Below, piece by piece: positions 38,805 through 49,509 of a DNA stretch of 64,000 nucleotides. The notes under the pieces are model-generated. The model saw only the letters and a list, made by a program, of their open reading frames with translations, was not told the DNA's origin and made no database searches. The position numbers and the translations under genes are program-made. The stretch lies in the NCBI GenBank assembly GCA_964507745.1, contig CAZDRM010000001.1, forward strand, positions 1,999 through 65,998, in the 5' to 3' direction. Positions within the stretch are counted from its first letter, which is position 1. Each line of letters opens with the position of its first letter. The DNA is from an uncultured Lachnospiraceae bacterium (GTDB lineage Bacteria > Bacillota > Clostridia > Lachnospirales > Lachnospiraceae).

Positions 38805-40379
38805 TTATAATCCGTATTCTTTCATAATCATTGCAAATTCCTTCGAACAGGAAAATCCTTTTAAAACCTCTTCTCTGGACATTTCCCCTGAATCCAGTTT
38901 ATTCAACCAGTACTTCATTCCCTCATCATCATACTCCCGATCTAAAAATGTCCGGTAAAGCACCTTGATATACTCTTCATTATTAAGGTTTTTATTTAAA
39001 AACTCCTGAGATTCAAAAAATCCTTTGGTAGATACATCCGTAACGCTCCATGTATGATCCAGGATCCGGCCGCACCAGTCGTTTAATCCGTTTACATCAT
39101 AATCCCGTCCCAGCGCTTTTGTATACAGTCTGGAAACAAACATGGTAAGCCCTGTATTTCGATCCCTGTTTTCATTAACGGATACCTGTCCGCGCTCAAT
39201 TCCGTAAACGCCGCAAACCTGCATAAATTCCGCCGATTCGGCAAAGCCTCTATATACGCCTTCTCTGGATACTCCCGCTTCCAGCCGTCTTACCCAGTAT
39301 TCTTTGCCGCTTTCATCATACTCCCGGTCCATCATAACACGGTACAATAGCTCTACAAATTCTTCATTACTCAAATTGCGGTTTTTCATTTCCTCGCTGA
39401 AGAAAAATCCCCGGGCTACTACAGCTCCCGACTTTTCCCGCCTTATAAGGGCTTCCTTCCAGTCCTGCATTCCCTCTCCGTCGGGCTGTCTCAAAAGGCA
39501 GAGATTATACAGTCTGTCCACAAATGCCTCTATCTGGGCAACATCATCATAAACCCTCATATACTCATCCAGATATATTCCTGCGCGTTGCTGCAGAACA
39601 GCTCCCGGATGCACATTGTCGATATAGTAGTCCCAGAAATTGCTGCCGTCTATTCCGAAAGCCGTATTAAAATCGATAATGGTAACATGATTTCTTTCAC
39701 ATACTTTTTTGATGGCGTCCAGATATTGTTCAAAGGTGTTTCCGTTTTCATTTTTAATAGGATCGAACTGGGACCTGTAATAAAACGGGAGAATACAGTA
39801 ACACTCTACGCCTTGGCTCCGAAGCCTCCTGATAGCCATATTCATGGCCCCGCATACCTCAGAGGTATTGGTGGAGTCCACTCTTCCTATGGGATAAGCC
39901 CTGGGAAAATCATTGGCCCCGAACTGGAAAAACGCCACATCATAATCGGAAATATCTATCTGATTCAATTCATAATTGATATTATGTCCCCAACGGCTTG
40001 AATAAGTAGCTCCTCCGATGGCCACATTGGTCACGTCGGCGCTGCGTCTCTGCTGGAAATAATACACATAGGAGTAAATCTCATTTCCGTTTCTATCCTT
40101 ATAGCCGGCGGCAGTACTATCCCCTAAGAATAAATATCTGGTATGCGCTGCGCTTTCTTCTGACAAAAACTGTTCGTGAGTGTTGTATAGAGATGCATCA
40201 AGGCACTCTATCTCATCCGTCCCTTCTGTCTTTTCCTCTTCCGTACCTGTTTCCTGTTCCGTTTTCTCTCCCTGCGGCGCCAAACCGTTTTCTGAAACAA
40301 GCGCCGCATATACGTTGGTAACTGTCATGGCGCTTGTCAACAAAAATGCCGCCAAAAGTAAAATTCCTTTTTTCTTCAT
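38805..40379 (-). CDS. Secreted SGNH/GDSL hydrolase with DUF4214-type repeats
   Basis: Signal peptide, FLGDS, GGAT, GAND, DNVHP; about 240-aa repeat tail. Confidence 0.88.
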   Translation of the reverse strand: MKKKGILLLAAFLLTSAMTVTNVYAALVSENGLAPQGEKTEQETGTEEEKTEGTDEIECLDASLYNTHEQFLSEESAAHTRYLFLGDSTAAGYKDRNGNEIYSYVYYFQQRRSADVTNVAIGGATYSSRWGHNINYELNQIDISDYDVAFFQFGANDFPRAYPIGRVDSTNTSEVCGAMNMAIRRLRSQGVECYCILPFYYRSQFDPIKNENGNTFEQYLDAIKKVCERNHVTIIDFNTAFGIDGSNFWDYYIDNVHPGAVLQQRAGIYLDEYMRVYDDVAQIEAFVDRLYNLCLLRQPDGEGMQDWKEALIRREKSGAVVARGFFFSEEMKNRNLSNEEFVELLYRVMMDREYDESGKEYWVRRLEAGVSREGVYRGFAESAEFMQVCGVYGIERGQVSVNENRDRNTGLTMFVSRLYTKALGRDYDVNGLNDWCGRILDHTWSVTDVSTKGFFESQEFLNKNLNNEEYIKVLYRTFLDREYDDEGMKYWLNKLDSGEMSREEVLKGFSCSKEFAMIMKEYGL

Positions 40380-40396
40380 GATACTCTTCTCCGCAT

Positions 40397-42415
40397 CTAT
40401 AATCCGTATTGTCTCATAATATTAGCGAATTCTCTTGAATAGGAGAATCCTCTTAATACTTCGTCCCTTGTCTTCTGTCCGGAGTTTAACTGGCCTACCC
40501 AGTCATCCAGTCCGGCTTTGTCATATTCCCTGCCAAGAAATGTCCGGTAGAGCACCTTGACATATTCTTCATTGCTGAGATTTTTATTCAGAAACTCCTG
40601 AGAATGGAAAAATCCCGTTGTGGCTGCATCCGTAACGCTCCAGGAACCGCCCACGATCCGGTTGCACCAGTCATTAAGACCGCTTATATCATAGGGCCGG
40701 CCCAGAGCCTTTGTGTAAAGCCTTGATACAAACATGGTAACCCCCATATTGAGGTCACGCCCCTGATGTACCGTCACGTATCCCCGTTCAATGCCGTAAG
40801 AAGCACAGATATTGCTAAACTCTGCCGATTCCGCAAAGCCCTTGTATACCCCTTCCCTGGATACTCCTGCCGAAAGCCTTTCCAGCCAGTACGCCTTTCC
40901 CGACGCATCAGAGGATCGATTCATCATAACCTGATACAATAATTCCACAAAAGCCTCATCGCTTAAATTACGATTTTTCATTTCATCACTGAAGAAAAAT
41001 CCCGAAGCTACCGTTGCGCCTGACTTGCTCTTGTCCGCCAGAGCCTTTCTCCAGTAAATGAAACCGTCGTCATCCGGTTTCCTGCCAAAGCAGAGGGTGT
41101 AAAGCCGTTCAACAAATCCGTTGATTCCCTTATCGTCAACCGCTTCATTGTCACTGCCGCCCACATATAAAATTGCGCTGAAAAAATCCGTGTTGTAGGA
41201 AATCTTTGCCGGCGCTCCGTCCTTTGTGTATAAACCACTGATGGTAACCGTATAAATACCCCATAAATCGTCACTGCCCAACACGGCTGTTCCCGGTCTG
41301 AATATAATGGCGTTTGCAATGCCGTATCCGCTTTTGTCAATGTTAAAGTATGCCTGATTCTTGTTTGCCACATTACCGGCGGCGTCTGCAGCGGTAATGG
41401 TCTGGCTCCTTCCGTCAGGCGCGGTTATCGTAACCTGTACATTGCCTGTGTTCATTCTTGCAATATCAAATTTGTCGGGATTAAGGGTTACATGCCACGG
41501 CATCTCCGTATTTGCAAATTCCGAAGGGAAATTACCCGATGACGGCCAGGAAATAAAGTCATAGTCCGGCGTCGTACCGTTTCTGTTCATGGCGTACATT
41601 GCCGAATATGCTGCATTTCTGCTGCTTAAGGCAAATCCGAAGCCCGTATATCTCATGGGCGGATTTAAAATCCAGCGCCTGTGCCCTACAACGGCCACAT
41701 TACTTGCGCCTGAATCCTCCATATAACCCACAGTAAAAAGAGGCATATTATAATAAGAATCAGTGCCTGACATCCAGCCGTAGGCAATATTGCTATGGGA
41801 TGTGGAGGCATAACCGTTTCCGTAAAACTCATCATCCATCCCCGCCGGTCTTGACGGCGTATGGGTAAGAGTATCATTGGCCGCCAGAACCACTGCCCCG
41901 TACTGGCTCAGTTTATTGTAATCATCATGAAGATATACCACGGGCAGGCCTGCTATCATCCTCATAAGATTTACGCTGTCCAAGGCCCTTTTCCTGTGTT
42001 CTGCGGATACCTGCCCCAGAGAATAGGGCGGCTTGGTGTTGGGTCTTATATCCAAGAGCGGATACTCTTCTCCTCCGTAAACGAGAAACAACACCCTTGA
42101 TATAAGCGATTTGGACGGTTTCTCCGCCTCCAGCGCGCCGCTGTAGGAATAAACACTTTCTTCCTGCAGAGAAAGCCGGTTTCCCGACACATCATTTGCC
42201 GACAGATCCGTTTCCTGTAAAGTCCCGTCCTGTTCCGAGGTTTCATTATCTTCCCCATAGGACTCATCTGCAACAGCTTCGCCGGTGTCAATTCCTTCCA
42301 GATCAAAGCCTTCTGTCAGCCGGCTGCTTTCTTCGGCATTTACCGAGACCGGCGTCAAAATAGTGCAAACACTTATAAACAGCGCTAAAACGCCTGCTAT
42401 AAATCTCTTCTTCAT
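40397..42415 (-). CDS. Secreted CAP-domain protein with DUF4214-type repeats, paralog of 36822..38771
   Basis: Signal peptide, VNLMRMIAGLP, GHRRWIL, PDYDFISWP; repeat tail. Confidence 0.85.
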   Translation of the reverse strand: MKKRFIAGVLALFISVCTILTPVSVNAEESSRLTEGFDLEGIDTGEAVADESYGEDNETSEQDGTLQETDLSANDVSGNRLSLQEESVYSYSGALEAEKPSKSLISRVLFLVYGGEEYPLLDIRPNTKPPYSLGQVSAEHRKRALDSVNLMRMIAGLPVVYLHDDYNKLSQYGAVVLAANDTLTHTPSRPAGMDDEFYGNGYASTSHSNIAYGWMSGTDSYYNMPLFTVGYMEDSGASNVAVVGHRRWILNPPMRYTGFGFALSSRNAAYSAMYAMNRNGTTPDYDFISWPSSGNFPSEFANTEMPWHVTLNPDKFDIARMNTGNVQVTITAPDGRSQTITAADAAGNVANKNQAYFNIDKSGYGIANAIIFRPGTAVLGSDDLWGIYTVTISGLYTKDGAPAKISYNTDFFSAILYVGGSDNEAVDDKGINGFVERLYTLCFGRKPDDDGFIYWRKALADKSKSGATVASGFFFSDEMKNRNLSDEAFVELLYQVMMNRSSDASGKAYWLERLSAGVSREGVYKGFAESAEFSNICASYGIERGYVTVHQGRDLNMGVTMFVSRLYTKALGRPYDISGLNDWCNRIVGGSWSVTDAATTGFFHSQEFLNKNLSNEEYVKVLYRTFLGREYDKAGLDDWVGQLNSGQKTRDEVLRGFSYSREFANIMRQYGL

Positions 42416-42467
42416 TCCTGCGTCCCCTCTCAAAAAGCAATTACCTCAACTATTATACTCCTTTTTA

Positions 42468-44627
42468 TCATTTCAGTCCATATTTTGCCATTAAATCGGC
42501 AAATTCACGAGAGTCTGCAAAGCCTGCTATGATTTTGTCCCTGCTTTCTCCTTTGCTCAGTCTGGCAAGCCAGTAATTGAGGCCTTCTTCATCATATTCC
42601 CTGTTTAAAAAGGTTCTGTATAAAATTTTAACAAATTCTTCATTGGTGGTATTTTTATTTGAAAATTCTCTGGAATGGAAAAAGCCTTCTGTAGCCACCC
42701 TGTAAGGAGTCCAGTTTTGATTTATTACCCTGTCGCACCAGTCGTTTAACCCCTCCGTATCAAAGGACCTACCCAACGCCTTTTCATACATTCTGGCTAC
42801 AAATGCCGTAAGCTGCTGGTTTCTGTCCCTCATCTGACCTGTAGGAACAATTCCCGGCCCAAAGCCGCAGTTTCGGCAGATTTCCGTAAATTCCGGCGAT
42901 GCGCTGAAGCCATTCATGACATACTCTCTGGACATGCCGTTTTTCAATTTTAAAACCCAGTCCGCTTTTCCTGCCTCATCAGGCTTACGTGCCAGAAAAA
43001 CCCGGTACAAAAGCTCCACATAATCTTCATCGCTTAAATTTCTAAGCTTCAATTCCTCACTGAAGAAAAAACCGTAGGCAACCTCTCCGCCGTTCTCCCT
43101 GCCGGATTCCAGTCTTCCGCTCCAATCGGAAAGTCCGGCAGTCTCAGCTTCTCTCCCCAGACAGTAGTGGTACAGCCTCTTTACAAAGCTCTCTGCGGAA
43201 TCGGGAAGTACATCCATCTCTTCCGGTTCCGGCGTTTCCAGTTTAGGCGGTCTCGGCAGTTCCCCTGATTCATACCGCATTTCCACAGCTCTTTCCACCG
43301 CCTTATCTGCCGCCACGATTCCCCAGCCTGAATAAGCATCAAAGCCCGGAGAATATGTGTCTGTAGCTGTTTCCGCCAATATGGTTTTAACCTCTTCCAC
43401 CGATAAGGAGGGATTTGCCGCCCATACGGCCGCCGCGACTCCCGAAACAACTCCCGAGCTCATGGAAGAACCTCCCATGTATCCGTATCTGTCATTAGGA
43501 AGCGTGCTTAAAATCCGGTCTCCCGGAGCGGAAATAAAATTATCCGTACCGTAGCTGGCATCGCTTCTTTTTATCCCGCTTTCCACTGTGGCGATAACGC
43601 CTATGGCTGAACTGTATGCGGAAGGATAGTGCTTCTTATCCGATCCGTCATTTCCTGCCGAGCATACAATCAGGATTCCCTGGTTATAAGCCTTCTCCAT
43701 GGCCTCCTTTAAAAGCCTGTCCTCCTGATTCATTCCCATGCTCATGTTGATAATATTCACATCATGATCCGCCGCATATTGGATGGCATTTACCACATAA
43801 GAGGACAGCATATTTTTCCCGTCATGACTCTGAATGGCAATAATTTCCGCATAATTGTTGGAAATCCCCGAAACGCCCTGTTCGTTTCCCGTAACAGCGC
43901 CGATAATTCCCGCTATATGAGTTCCATGCCCGCTGGCGGAATAATCGCTGCTCATTCCGGGATAATCGGTGGTAACGGAGTTAACGCATAAAGCCCCATT
44001 CACATTGGCATTTAAGTCTTCGTGGTACAGATCGATTCCGCTGTCTATAACCGCTATCCGCACCCTACTGCAGGGCACGCTTTCCATCAGGCTCCATGCC
44101 CGTTCCATATTTAAATAATCCAGATACCACTGTTCATTATATCTGGGATCATTTACGGCTTCTTCCTGCATTTCGGGCTCTTCCGGCTCGTAAATATAAT
44201 TGGGCTGGGCATAAGCCACGCCGGGAACATCCGAATAGAAGTCCACTGCTTCCTCCACGCTCATGTCATCCTCAATGTCCATAACCGCAAACTGTATTCC
44301 CTCATCATCGCCCGTTACTTCTTCCTCTATTCCTTCCAGACCGAGTGTGGCAATTCCAACATCCTCTAAAACAAGAATGATCTCTCCGGAAGCATAATCC
44401 ACACCTTCTGTTCCCTCAAGGCCCTCTGTTTCTCTAATCCCTTCTGAATTCGTGGTCTTTTCTGCTTCACGAGACGCTTCTTCCAATATCTCGTTTGCAG
44501 AAACAGTTCCTCTTACGTCTGCAGAAGCAATTTCTGCCGCATTTGCAATTACTATTCCCTTATCGCACAAAAGGGTGGCAATTATAATTGCCACCGCTAT
44601 TTGTTTGAAATACTTTAATTTTTTCAT
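42468..44627 (-). CDS. Secreted S8 subtilisin-like protease with DUF4214-type repeats
   Basis: Triad motifs IAVIDSG, GHGTHIAG, GGSSMSS; SAGN oxyanion; repeat tail. Confidence 0.9.
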   Translation of the reverse strand: MKKLKYFKQIAVAIIIATLLCDKGIVIANAAEIASADVRGTVSANEILEEASREAEKTTNSEGIRETEGLEGTEGVDYASGEIILVLEDVGIATLGLEGIEEEVTGDDEGIQFAVMDIEDDMSVEEAVDFYSDVPGVAYAQPNYIYEPEEPEMQEEAVNDPRYNEQWYLDYLNMERAWSLMESVPCSRVRIAVIDSGIDLYHEDLNANVNGALCVNSVTTDYPGMSSDYSASGHGTHIAGIIGAVTGNEQGVSGISNNYAEIIAIQSHDGKNMLSSYVVNAIQYAADHDVNIINMSMGMNQEDRLLKEAMEKAYNQGILIVCSAGNDGSDKKHYPSAYSSAIGVIATVESGIKRSDASYGTDNFISAPGDRILSTLPNDRYGYMGGSSMSSGVVSGVAAAVWAANPSLSVEEVKTILAETATDTYSPGFDAYSGWGIVAADKAVERAVEMRYESGELPRPPKLETPEPEEMDVLPDSAESFVKRLYHYCLGREAETAGLSDWSGRLESGRENGGEVAYGFFFSEELKLRNLSDEDYVELLYRVFLARKPDEAGKADWVLKLKNGMSREYVMNGFSASPEFTEICRNCGFGPGIVPTGQMRDRNQQLTAFVARMYEKALGRSFDTEGLNDWCDRVINQNWTPYRVATEGFFHSREFSNKNTTNEEFVKILYRTFLNREYDEEGLNYWLARLSKGESRDKIIAGFADSREFADLMAKYGLK

Positions 44628-46822
44628 CGTTTTAAAGTACCCACCTCTATTCCGTATTCCTTACACAGAGCGTTATATTCCACCGAATAGGCAAAGCCTG
44701 CCAAGACCTGACTTCTGCTCTGTCCGGCGTTTAAGCGTCCTACCCAATCGGCCTTTCCTGCCGGATCCGACTTTCTGCCCAGCAGCGTCCTGTAAAGAAT
44801 TTCCACATATTCCTCGTTGCTGAAATCCGAAATCCGGAACTCTTCGCTGTAGATAAAACCTTCTACAATACCGCATCCGGTAAGACCATGCTGAAGCCTG
44901 TAGGTCCAGTCATTCAGGCCCCATTCATCAGCTTCCCTGTTAAAGATATTCCGGTACAGCCTTACCACGAATTTTGTCTGTCCGCGGTTTTTATCCGCAG
45001 GCAAAAGACTGGTAATGGAACCTTTTCTGATACCAAAGTAACTGCATAGATTGGTAAACTCCGCGGATTCCACAAAACCGGCGAGAATGCATTTTCTGGT
45101 CACGCCCGCCTCAAGTTCCCCGAGCCAGTAAGCCTTGCCGTCCGGTTCCGGATTTCTTCCCAGAATGGCAGTATAGGCATACTCCAGATACTGTTCGTTG
45201 GTCAAGTTACGATTTTTCATTTCCTGACTGTCAAAAAATCCCACGACGAGATCGGCAGCCGTTGAACCTGTACTCAATTTATTTTTCCAGTAGTCCATCC
45301 CTTCCGCATCAGGCTTTCTTCCCAGAATGCTGGAATAGAGCTGGGTAATAAATTCCTCGGACACCGGATAGCCGCCGGGACCGGGCGTTACACTACCGCC
45401 GCCTCCTGTTCCTCCGCCGGGCATATTCAGATATACCGGAATCTTAAATACATAATTATTATCAAGAGCACCCGCATTGGAATAAGCTCTTCTTACGGAA
45501 ACGCTTTCTGTCATAGGCGCCTGAATATTCTGCATATACTGGTGGGAATACAGCCCGTAATAGGATGCGTCCACATCAAATTTCTGCAGATACAGGCTGT
45601 CCTGGCCTTTGGAAATATAACTTCCGCCAACCACCTGAGCGCCGCCTAAAAGAGAAGCATATCTTGTATACCATCCCTGGCTCTGTGCATAAGCGATGCC
45701 GTTGGCCAATATCTCCGCATCCGTTGCACCGTTGGCTTTTACATTAAAATAATTATACGCACCGTAGGCACCGGAAATTAATGCGGAATCTCCTCTGGTC
45801 CCCTGCTCCTGCAGCACACGGCTGGCAAGGTGATAAGGACTTACTCCCGTCATGCTTCCGATTTCCACAAACACATCCCGATACAGGCCTCCCGAACCGT
45901 CCTCTAAGGACCGTCCGTTCATCCATGAATTCGCTATTATCGCCGCTACTCCCGACGAATTGTGAATGCTCTGGTTATAGGTTAACTGCTCAAAAGCAAA
46001 AATATTATTTTCATTTAAATAATTAATAGGGTTCAAGCAATAGCTGACTGCTGTTTCCGACGCACGGAACCAGCTTGCCCCGCTCTTGGGTACATACTGT
46101 CCTGTTGCCGGGTCGTAATCTCCGGGATCCTTTGATTTCCAAGAATCATCTGATGTTCTGTAAACAAGGCTTCTGTCTCCCTGCCTTTGTGCCGCCAGCA
46201 CCTCAGACCACTCCAGTCCTGTATGGAAAGGAACAAAGATCCAGTTGGGATGGGCCTGGCTCAATGCCGTCAAAGCTGCATGGTAACCGCTGGGAAAGTT
46301 TTCATAGATAGCTTCCAGATTAGACATCTCCGCACGATAAACCGCACCGGTTACCTTTACTAACTCCGTATCCTTCCACTCATTGAATTCCGCATCATTG
46401 GTTACAATATAAGCGCTTTCCACATATCCTTTCACAGGACTTCCGTTTTCATAAGCGGTTACCAGATAAAGAACACCCAGTTCATCATCAAAAACCACAT
46501 CGTTTATAGTAAGCTGGGTTCCGCTGACAATGCTTCCCGTCTCGCGGGCTCCTTCTTCCGGTTCCGCCTTTAATCCGTATTTATCCGTATTATAGAGTAA
46601 TACATATACAGGCTTGCTGTTGAGGATTTCCAAAAGGGACTCCCTCACTTCCCCGCACGCCCTGCTGTAATCATCCGCATCATTTTCACTAACACTTCCG
46701 GCCTTTGCTTCCGCCTGCAGCTCCAGGTCATTGCCGCTTACCGAAGAAGCCAGCGCAGTCAGAGGACTCTGCAGTAAAAGTACGGCCGCAAGTAAAAATC
46801 CTGTCACACGTATTTTCTTCAT
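44624..46822 (-). CDS. Secreted glucosaminidase-like peptidoglycan hydrolase with DUF4214-type repeats
   Basis: SPYHLASRVLQEQG, YNYFNV, GQDSLYLQKFDV, HQYMQNIQAP, Gly-rich linker; ATG at 46822 after AAGGAGG. Confidence 0.75.
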   Translation of the reverse strand: MKKIRVTGFLLAAVLLLQSPLTALASSVSGNDLELQAEAKAGSVSENDADDYSRACGEVRESLLEILNSKPVYVLLYNTDKYGLKAEPEEGARETGSIVSGTQLTINDVVFDDELGVLYLVTAYENGSPVKGYVESAYIVTNDAEFNEWKDTELVKVTGAVYRAEMSNLEAIYENFPSGYHAALTALSQAHPNWIFVPFHTGLEWSEVLAAQRQGDRSLVYRTSDDSWKSKDPGDYDPATGQYVPKSGASWFRASETAVSYCLNPINYLNENNIFAFEQLTYNQSIHNSSGVAAIIANSWMNGRSLEDGSGGLYRDVFVEIGSMTGVSPYHLASRVLQEQGTRGDSALISGAYGAYNYFNVKANGATDAEILANGIAYAQSQGWYTRYASLLGGAQVVGGSYISKGQDSLYLQKFDVDASYYGLYSHQYMQNIQAPMTESVSVRRAYSNAGALDNNYVFKIPVYLNMPGGGTGGGGSVTPGPGGYPVSEEFITQLYSSILGRKPDAEGMDYWKNKLSTGSTAADLVVGFFDSQEMKNRNLTNEQYLEYAYTAILGRNPEPDGKAYWLGELEAGVTRKCILAGFVESAEFTNLCSYFGIRKGSITSLLPADKNRGQTKFVVRLYRNIFNREADEWGLNDWTYRLQHGLTGCGIVEGFIYSEEFRISDFSNEEYVEILYRTLLGRKSDPAGKADWVGRLNAGQSRSQVLAGFAYSVEYNALCKEYGIEVGTLKR

Positions 46823-46864
46823 AATTTCCTCCTTTATCCGTAGCTGTTTTTGTGCCACACAGTA

Positions 46865-46893
46865 ACTATACCCTATATCTTGTAGATTTGCAA
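46865..46893 (-). promoter_or_regulatory. Sigma-70/SigA-type promoter for the surface protein-wzm block
   Basis: TTGCAA-17 bp-TATAGT on the minus strand. Confidence 0.6.
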
Positions 46894-47067
46894 AGGAAAT
46901 ATCTGCTATTTTGTGATATTTATTAAATTTTTAAGATTTTGAGTCACTTTTTTCCGGCAAAAACAGTCATTTTCGTATTTTTTTATTTTTTTCCATTTTT
47001 TCCATTTTTTTCCAATTAAAAATCTTCTTTTTTATGGAACAATATATAATTCAATATTCCTTCAAAT

Positions 47068-48270
47068 TCATATTCCTGCGCTCTCTTTTTCCTGCACAAT
47101 ACATTTATTTATCAGGTCGCTTAAACCGTCCAATATGCTGTCCCACCGATAATGGGCATCTACATATTTCCTGCCGTTTTTTCCCATCTGTGTTCTTTCC
47201 TCCTGATGCATCAGTAAAAAGTCCGCCGCTTTTTCAAACTCTTCATAGCTTTCATAATAAAGTCCGCCTTTACTTTTTTGGCAATGATTCTTTAAAACCG
47301 GACTTTTTCCGTTTACCACAACGGGAACCTCCAGTTTCATGGAATCCAGGACAACAATGGACAGGCTTTCATATTGGGACGGAAGCATCAGAAACTCCGC
47401 GCCGCTCATCCCGTCGTATTTTTCTTCCTCACTGACAAAGCCAAGGGAAAGAATGTCATCCCTTTTGGGCACCTCAATCATTTCCTTTCCCATAAGGACA
47501 AGCTTAAGGCCGGTCTTTTTCTTGTCCTGATATCTGCCAAAGTATTCAAATAACTGCTGACAGTTTTTCCCGTAATCAATCCTGCCTACATAAATAATGT
47601 ATTTCTCCAGCCCGTGCTTCTTCCGAAAGCCTTCTCCGTCCGTCTTGTCCGGAACCTCTATTCCGATTCCCCCGATCCCACAAGGAATATGGCTTGTCCC
47701 GAAGGTTTCATAGACCAGCTTCTTTTCCTCTTCCGTGTTGAAGAAATAGCCCTGCGGCTGCCCGAACATCTCTTTGTAATGCTTCATTTTTAAAAAAGGC
47801 TCATCATGGGCCGTAGGAATTAAAATACTTTTATCCGCCACCTTCCCTAAGCCCATAACCGTCAAATAATATAAGTATGTGACAAAGATAAATACGTCAT
47901 ATTCATCCCGGTGGTCCTCAATATACCGGATACAGGCAGGACAATAGGGACCCTGTTCCTCAATCCATCTTTTTTCCATTTCCCTGCTGAAAAAGGGCAG
48001 ATATTTCCTCATCCGGTCCAGCCATTTAAACTTTTTTAAATTGCGGCTTTTGTCCGTTTTGAACCTTCTGACGGGAACGCCGTTTACCTCATCCGCACCT
48101 TCCTCATAGTAATTGTCCCATGTGTCATAGTCCCTTGCGCAGGTAGTGAGAACCTCCACATCATATTTCTCCGAAAGATGCTCCGCCAGTATCCGCGCAT
48201 GATATTCAGAGCCTCCGTTTACCTCAAGTCCGTATCTTTGATTGACAATAGCCACTTTCCTTTTCTTCAT
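47068..48270 (-). CDS. GT4 glycosyltransferase
   Basis: QRYGLEVNGGSE, PTAHDEP, YVGRID, ESLSIVVLDSM. Confidence 0.9.
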   Translation of the reverse strand: MKKRKVAIVNQRYGLEVNGGSEYHARILAEHLSEKYDVEVLTTCARDYDTWDNYYEEGADEVNGVPVRRFKTDKSRNLKKFKWLDRMRKYLPFFSREMEKRWIEEQGPYCPACIRYIEDHRDEYDVFIFVTYLYYLTVMGLGKVADKSILIPTAHDEPFLKMKHYKEMFGQPQGYFFNTEEEKKLVYETFGTSHIPCGIGGIGIEVPDKTDGEGFRKKHGLEKYIIYVGRIDYGKNCQQLFEYFGRYQDKKKTGLKLVLMGKEMIEVPKRDDILSLGFVSEEEKYDGMSGAEFLMLPSQYESLSIVVLDSMKLEVPVVVNGKSPVLKNHCQKSKGGLYYESYEEFEKAADFLLMHQEERTQMGKNGRKYVDAHYRWDSILDGLSDLINKCIVQEKESAGI

Positions 48271-48285
48271 GCTCCCAGCTCCCAT

Positions 48286-49497
48286 TTAATTTCCGCTTTC
48301 GCCGGAAATTTCACTGAAAAACTTTAAATATTTGTCAACAATAACATCCCATGCAAAATTTTCTTTTACATAGTCTCTTCCGTTTTTCCCCATCTGCTTT
48401 GAAATTTCTTCATGACTCAGAAAATAATCAAGGGCGCCTTCAAAATCAAAATAATTCTTAAAATATAGGCCTCCCTTTGTTACTTTAACAAAATTTTTGG
48501 TTACCGCACAGTCCTCCAAGACCAGAACCGGCCTTTCGCAAAGCCAGCTTTCCATAATAACCAGGGAAAAACTCTCATTTCTGCTGGGCTGACAAAATGC
48601 AACCGAAGCAGCATAGGCATCATATTTATCCTGCATCTCCACAAAACCTAAATCTAAAATTTCTTTTTTCATTCCTGCCGGAATCAACACTTCTCCGCCG
48701 CCTAAAAGAACCAATTTCAGCTCTTGATTTTTCCCCTCTTTATGGCGATTTTTATATTCATGAAAATAATCAATTAACGTATAGATATTTTTTCCTTTAT
48801 CTTTCCTTCCTGCATATAAAATATATGGCTCGCGAATTCCAAACTTATTGCGGAATCTTTCCCCGTCAAACTCTAAATGGACATTCATGCCATCTCCGAT
48901 ATCGGCTGTCTTTACGCTGCTTAAATCAAACAATTTTTCAGCGAGTTCCCTTTCCGGCTTTGAATGAAACACCATTCCCGCCACTTTAGAATAAACTTTG
49001 CGAAAGCATCGCATATAGGCATAGTTTTCATCGTGAAAGCAAGGAATTATTATAGCTTTTTCCCGACATTCCTGAACGCCAAAATAGGTTGTTCCAAACA
49101 TATATGGCGTAAACACAAAAACGCCGTATTCATCCTTATGCTCCCTGATATATCTATATAAATCCGGGCTGTTGACCATTTCATTAACATATACTTTTTC
49201 ATCTTCCCTGCTTAAACGGTTTTGTCCGTGAAGCAGTTTATAATTTACCTCATCAAAAGCCGCTTTATTTCTTCCTTTGACCGGGAACCTTTGAACCTTC
49301 AGTCCGCCTTCCTCATAGCTTCCCGGTTTATAGTAATCCTTTCCCCAGTCGGCGGAAAATTCTTTTACACAGGTAGTCAGAATTTCCAACTCCACGCCTC
49401 GCTTTACCATGTGTTTGGCAAGACCGCGCAAATCCGCCTCCGCTCCTCCCGGTATTTTGTCTCCGTACCAGGGAATCACAAATCCGATTTTTTTCAT
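48286..49497 (-). CDS. GT4 glycosyltransferase
   Basis: PWYG..IPGGAE, PCFHDE, YAGRKD, ESFSLVIMESW. Confidence 0.9.
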   Translation of the reverse strand: MKKIGFVIPWYGDKIPGGAEADLRGLAKHMVKRGVELEILTTCVKEFSADWGKDYYKPGSYEEGGLKVQRFPVKGRNKAAFDEVNYKLLHGQNRLSREDEKVYVNEMVNSPDLYRYIREHKDEYGVFVFTPYMFGTTYFGVQECREKAIIIPCFHDENYAYMRCFRKVYSKVAGMVFHSKPERELAEKLFDLSSVKTADIGDGMNVHLEFDGERFRNKFGIREPYILYAGRKDKGKNIYTLIDYFHEYKNRHKEGKNQELKLVLLGGGEVLIPAGMKKEILDLGFVEMQDKYDAYAASVAFCQPSRNESFSLVIMESWLCERPVLVLEDCAVTKNFVKVTKGGLYFKNYFDFEGALDYFLSHEEISKQMGKNGRDYVKENFAWDVIVDKYLKFFSEISGESGN

Positions 49498-49509
49498 CCT
49501 CCTACCTCC

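Noticed and set aside
46960-47035. Repeated ttttcca units in an AT-rich spacer
   Set aside because: Low-complexity sequence upstream of a promoter; no specific function can be supported
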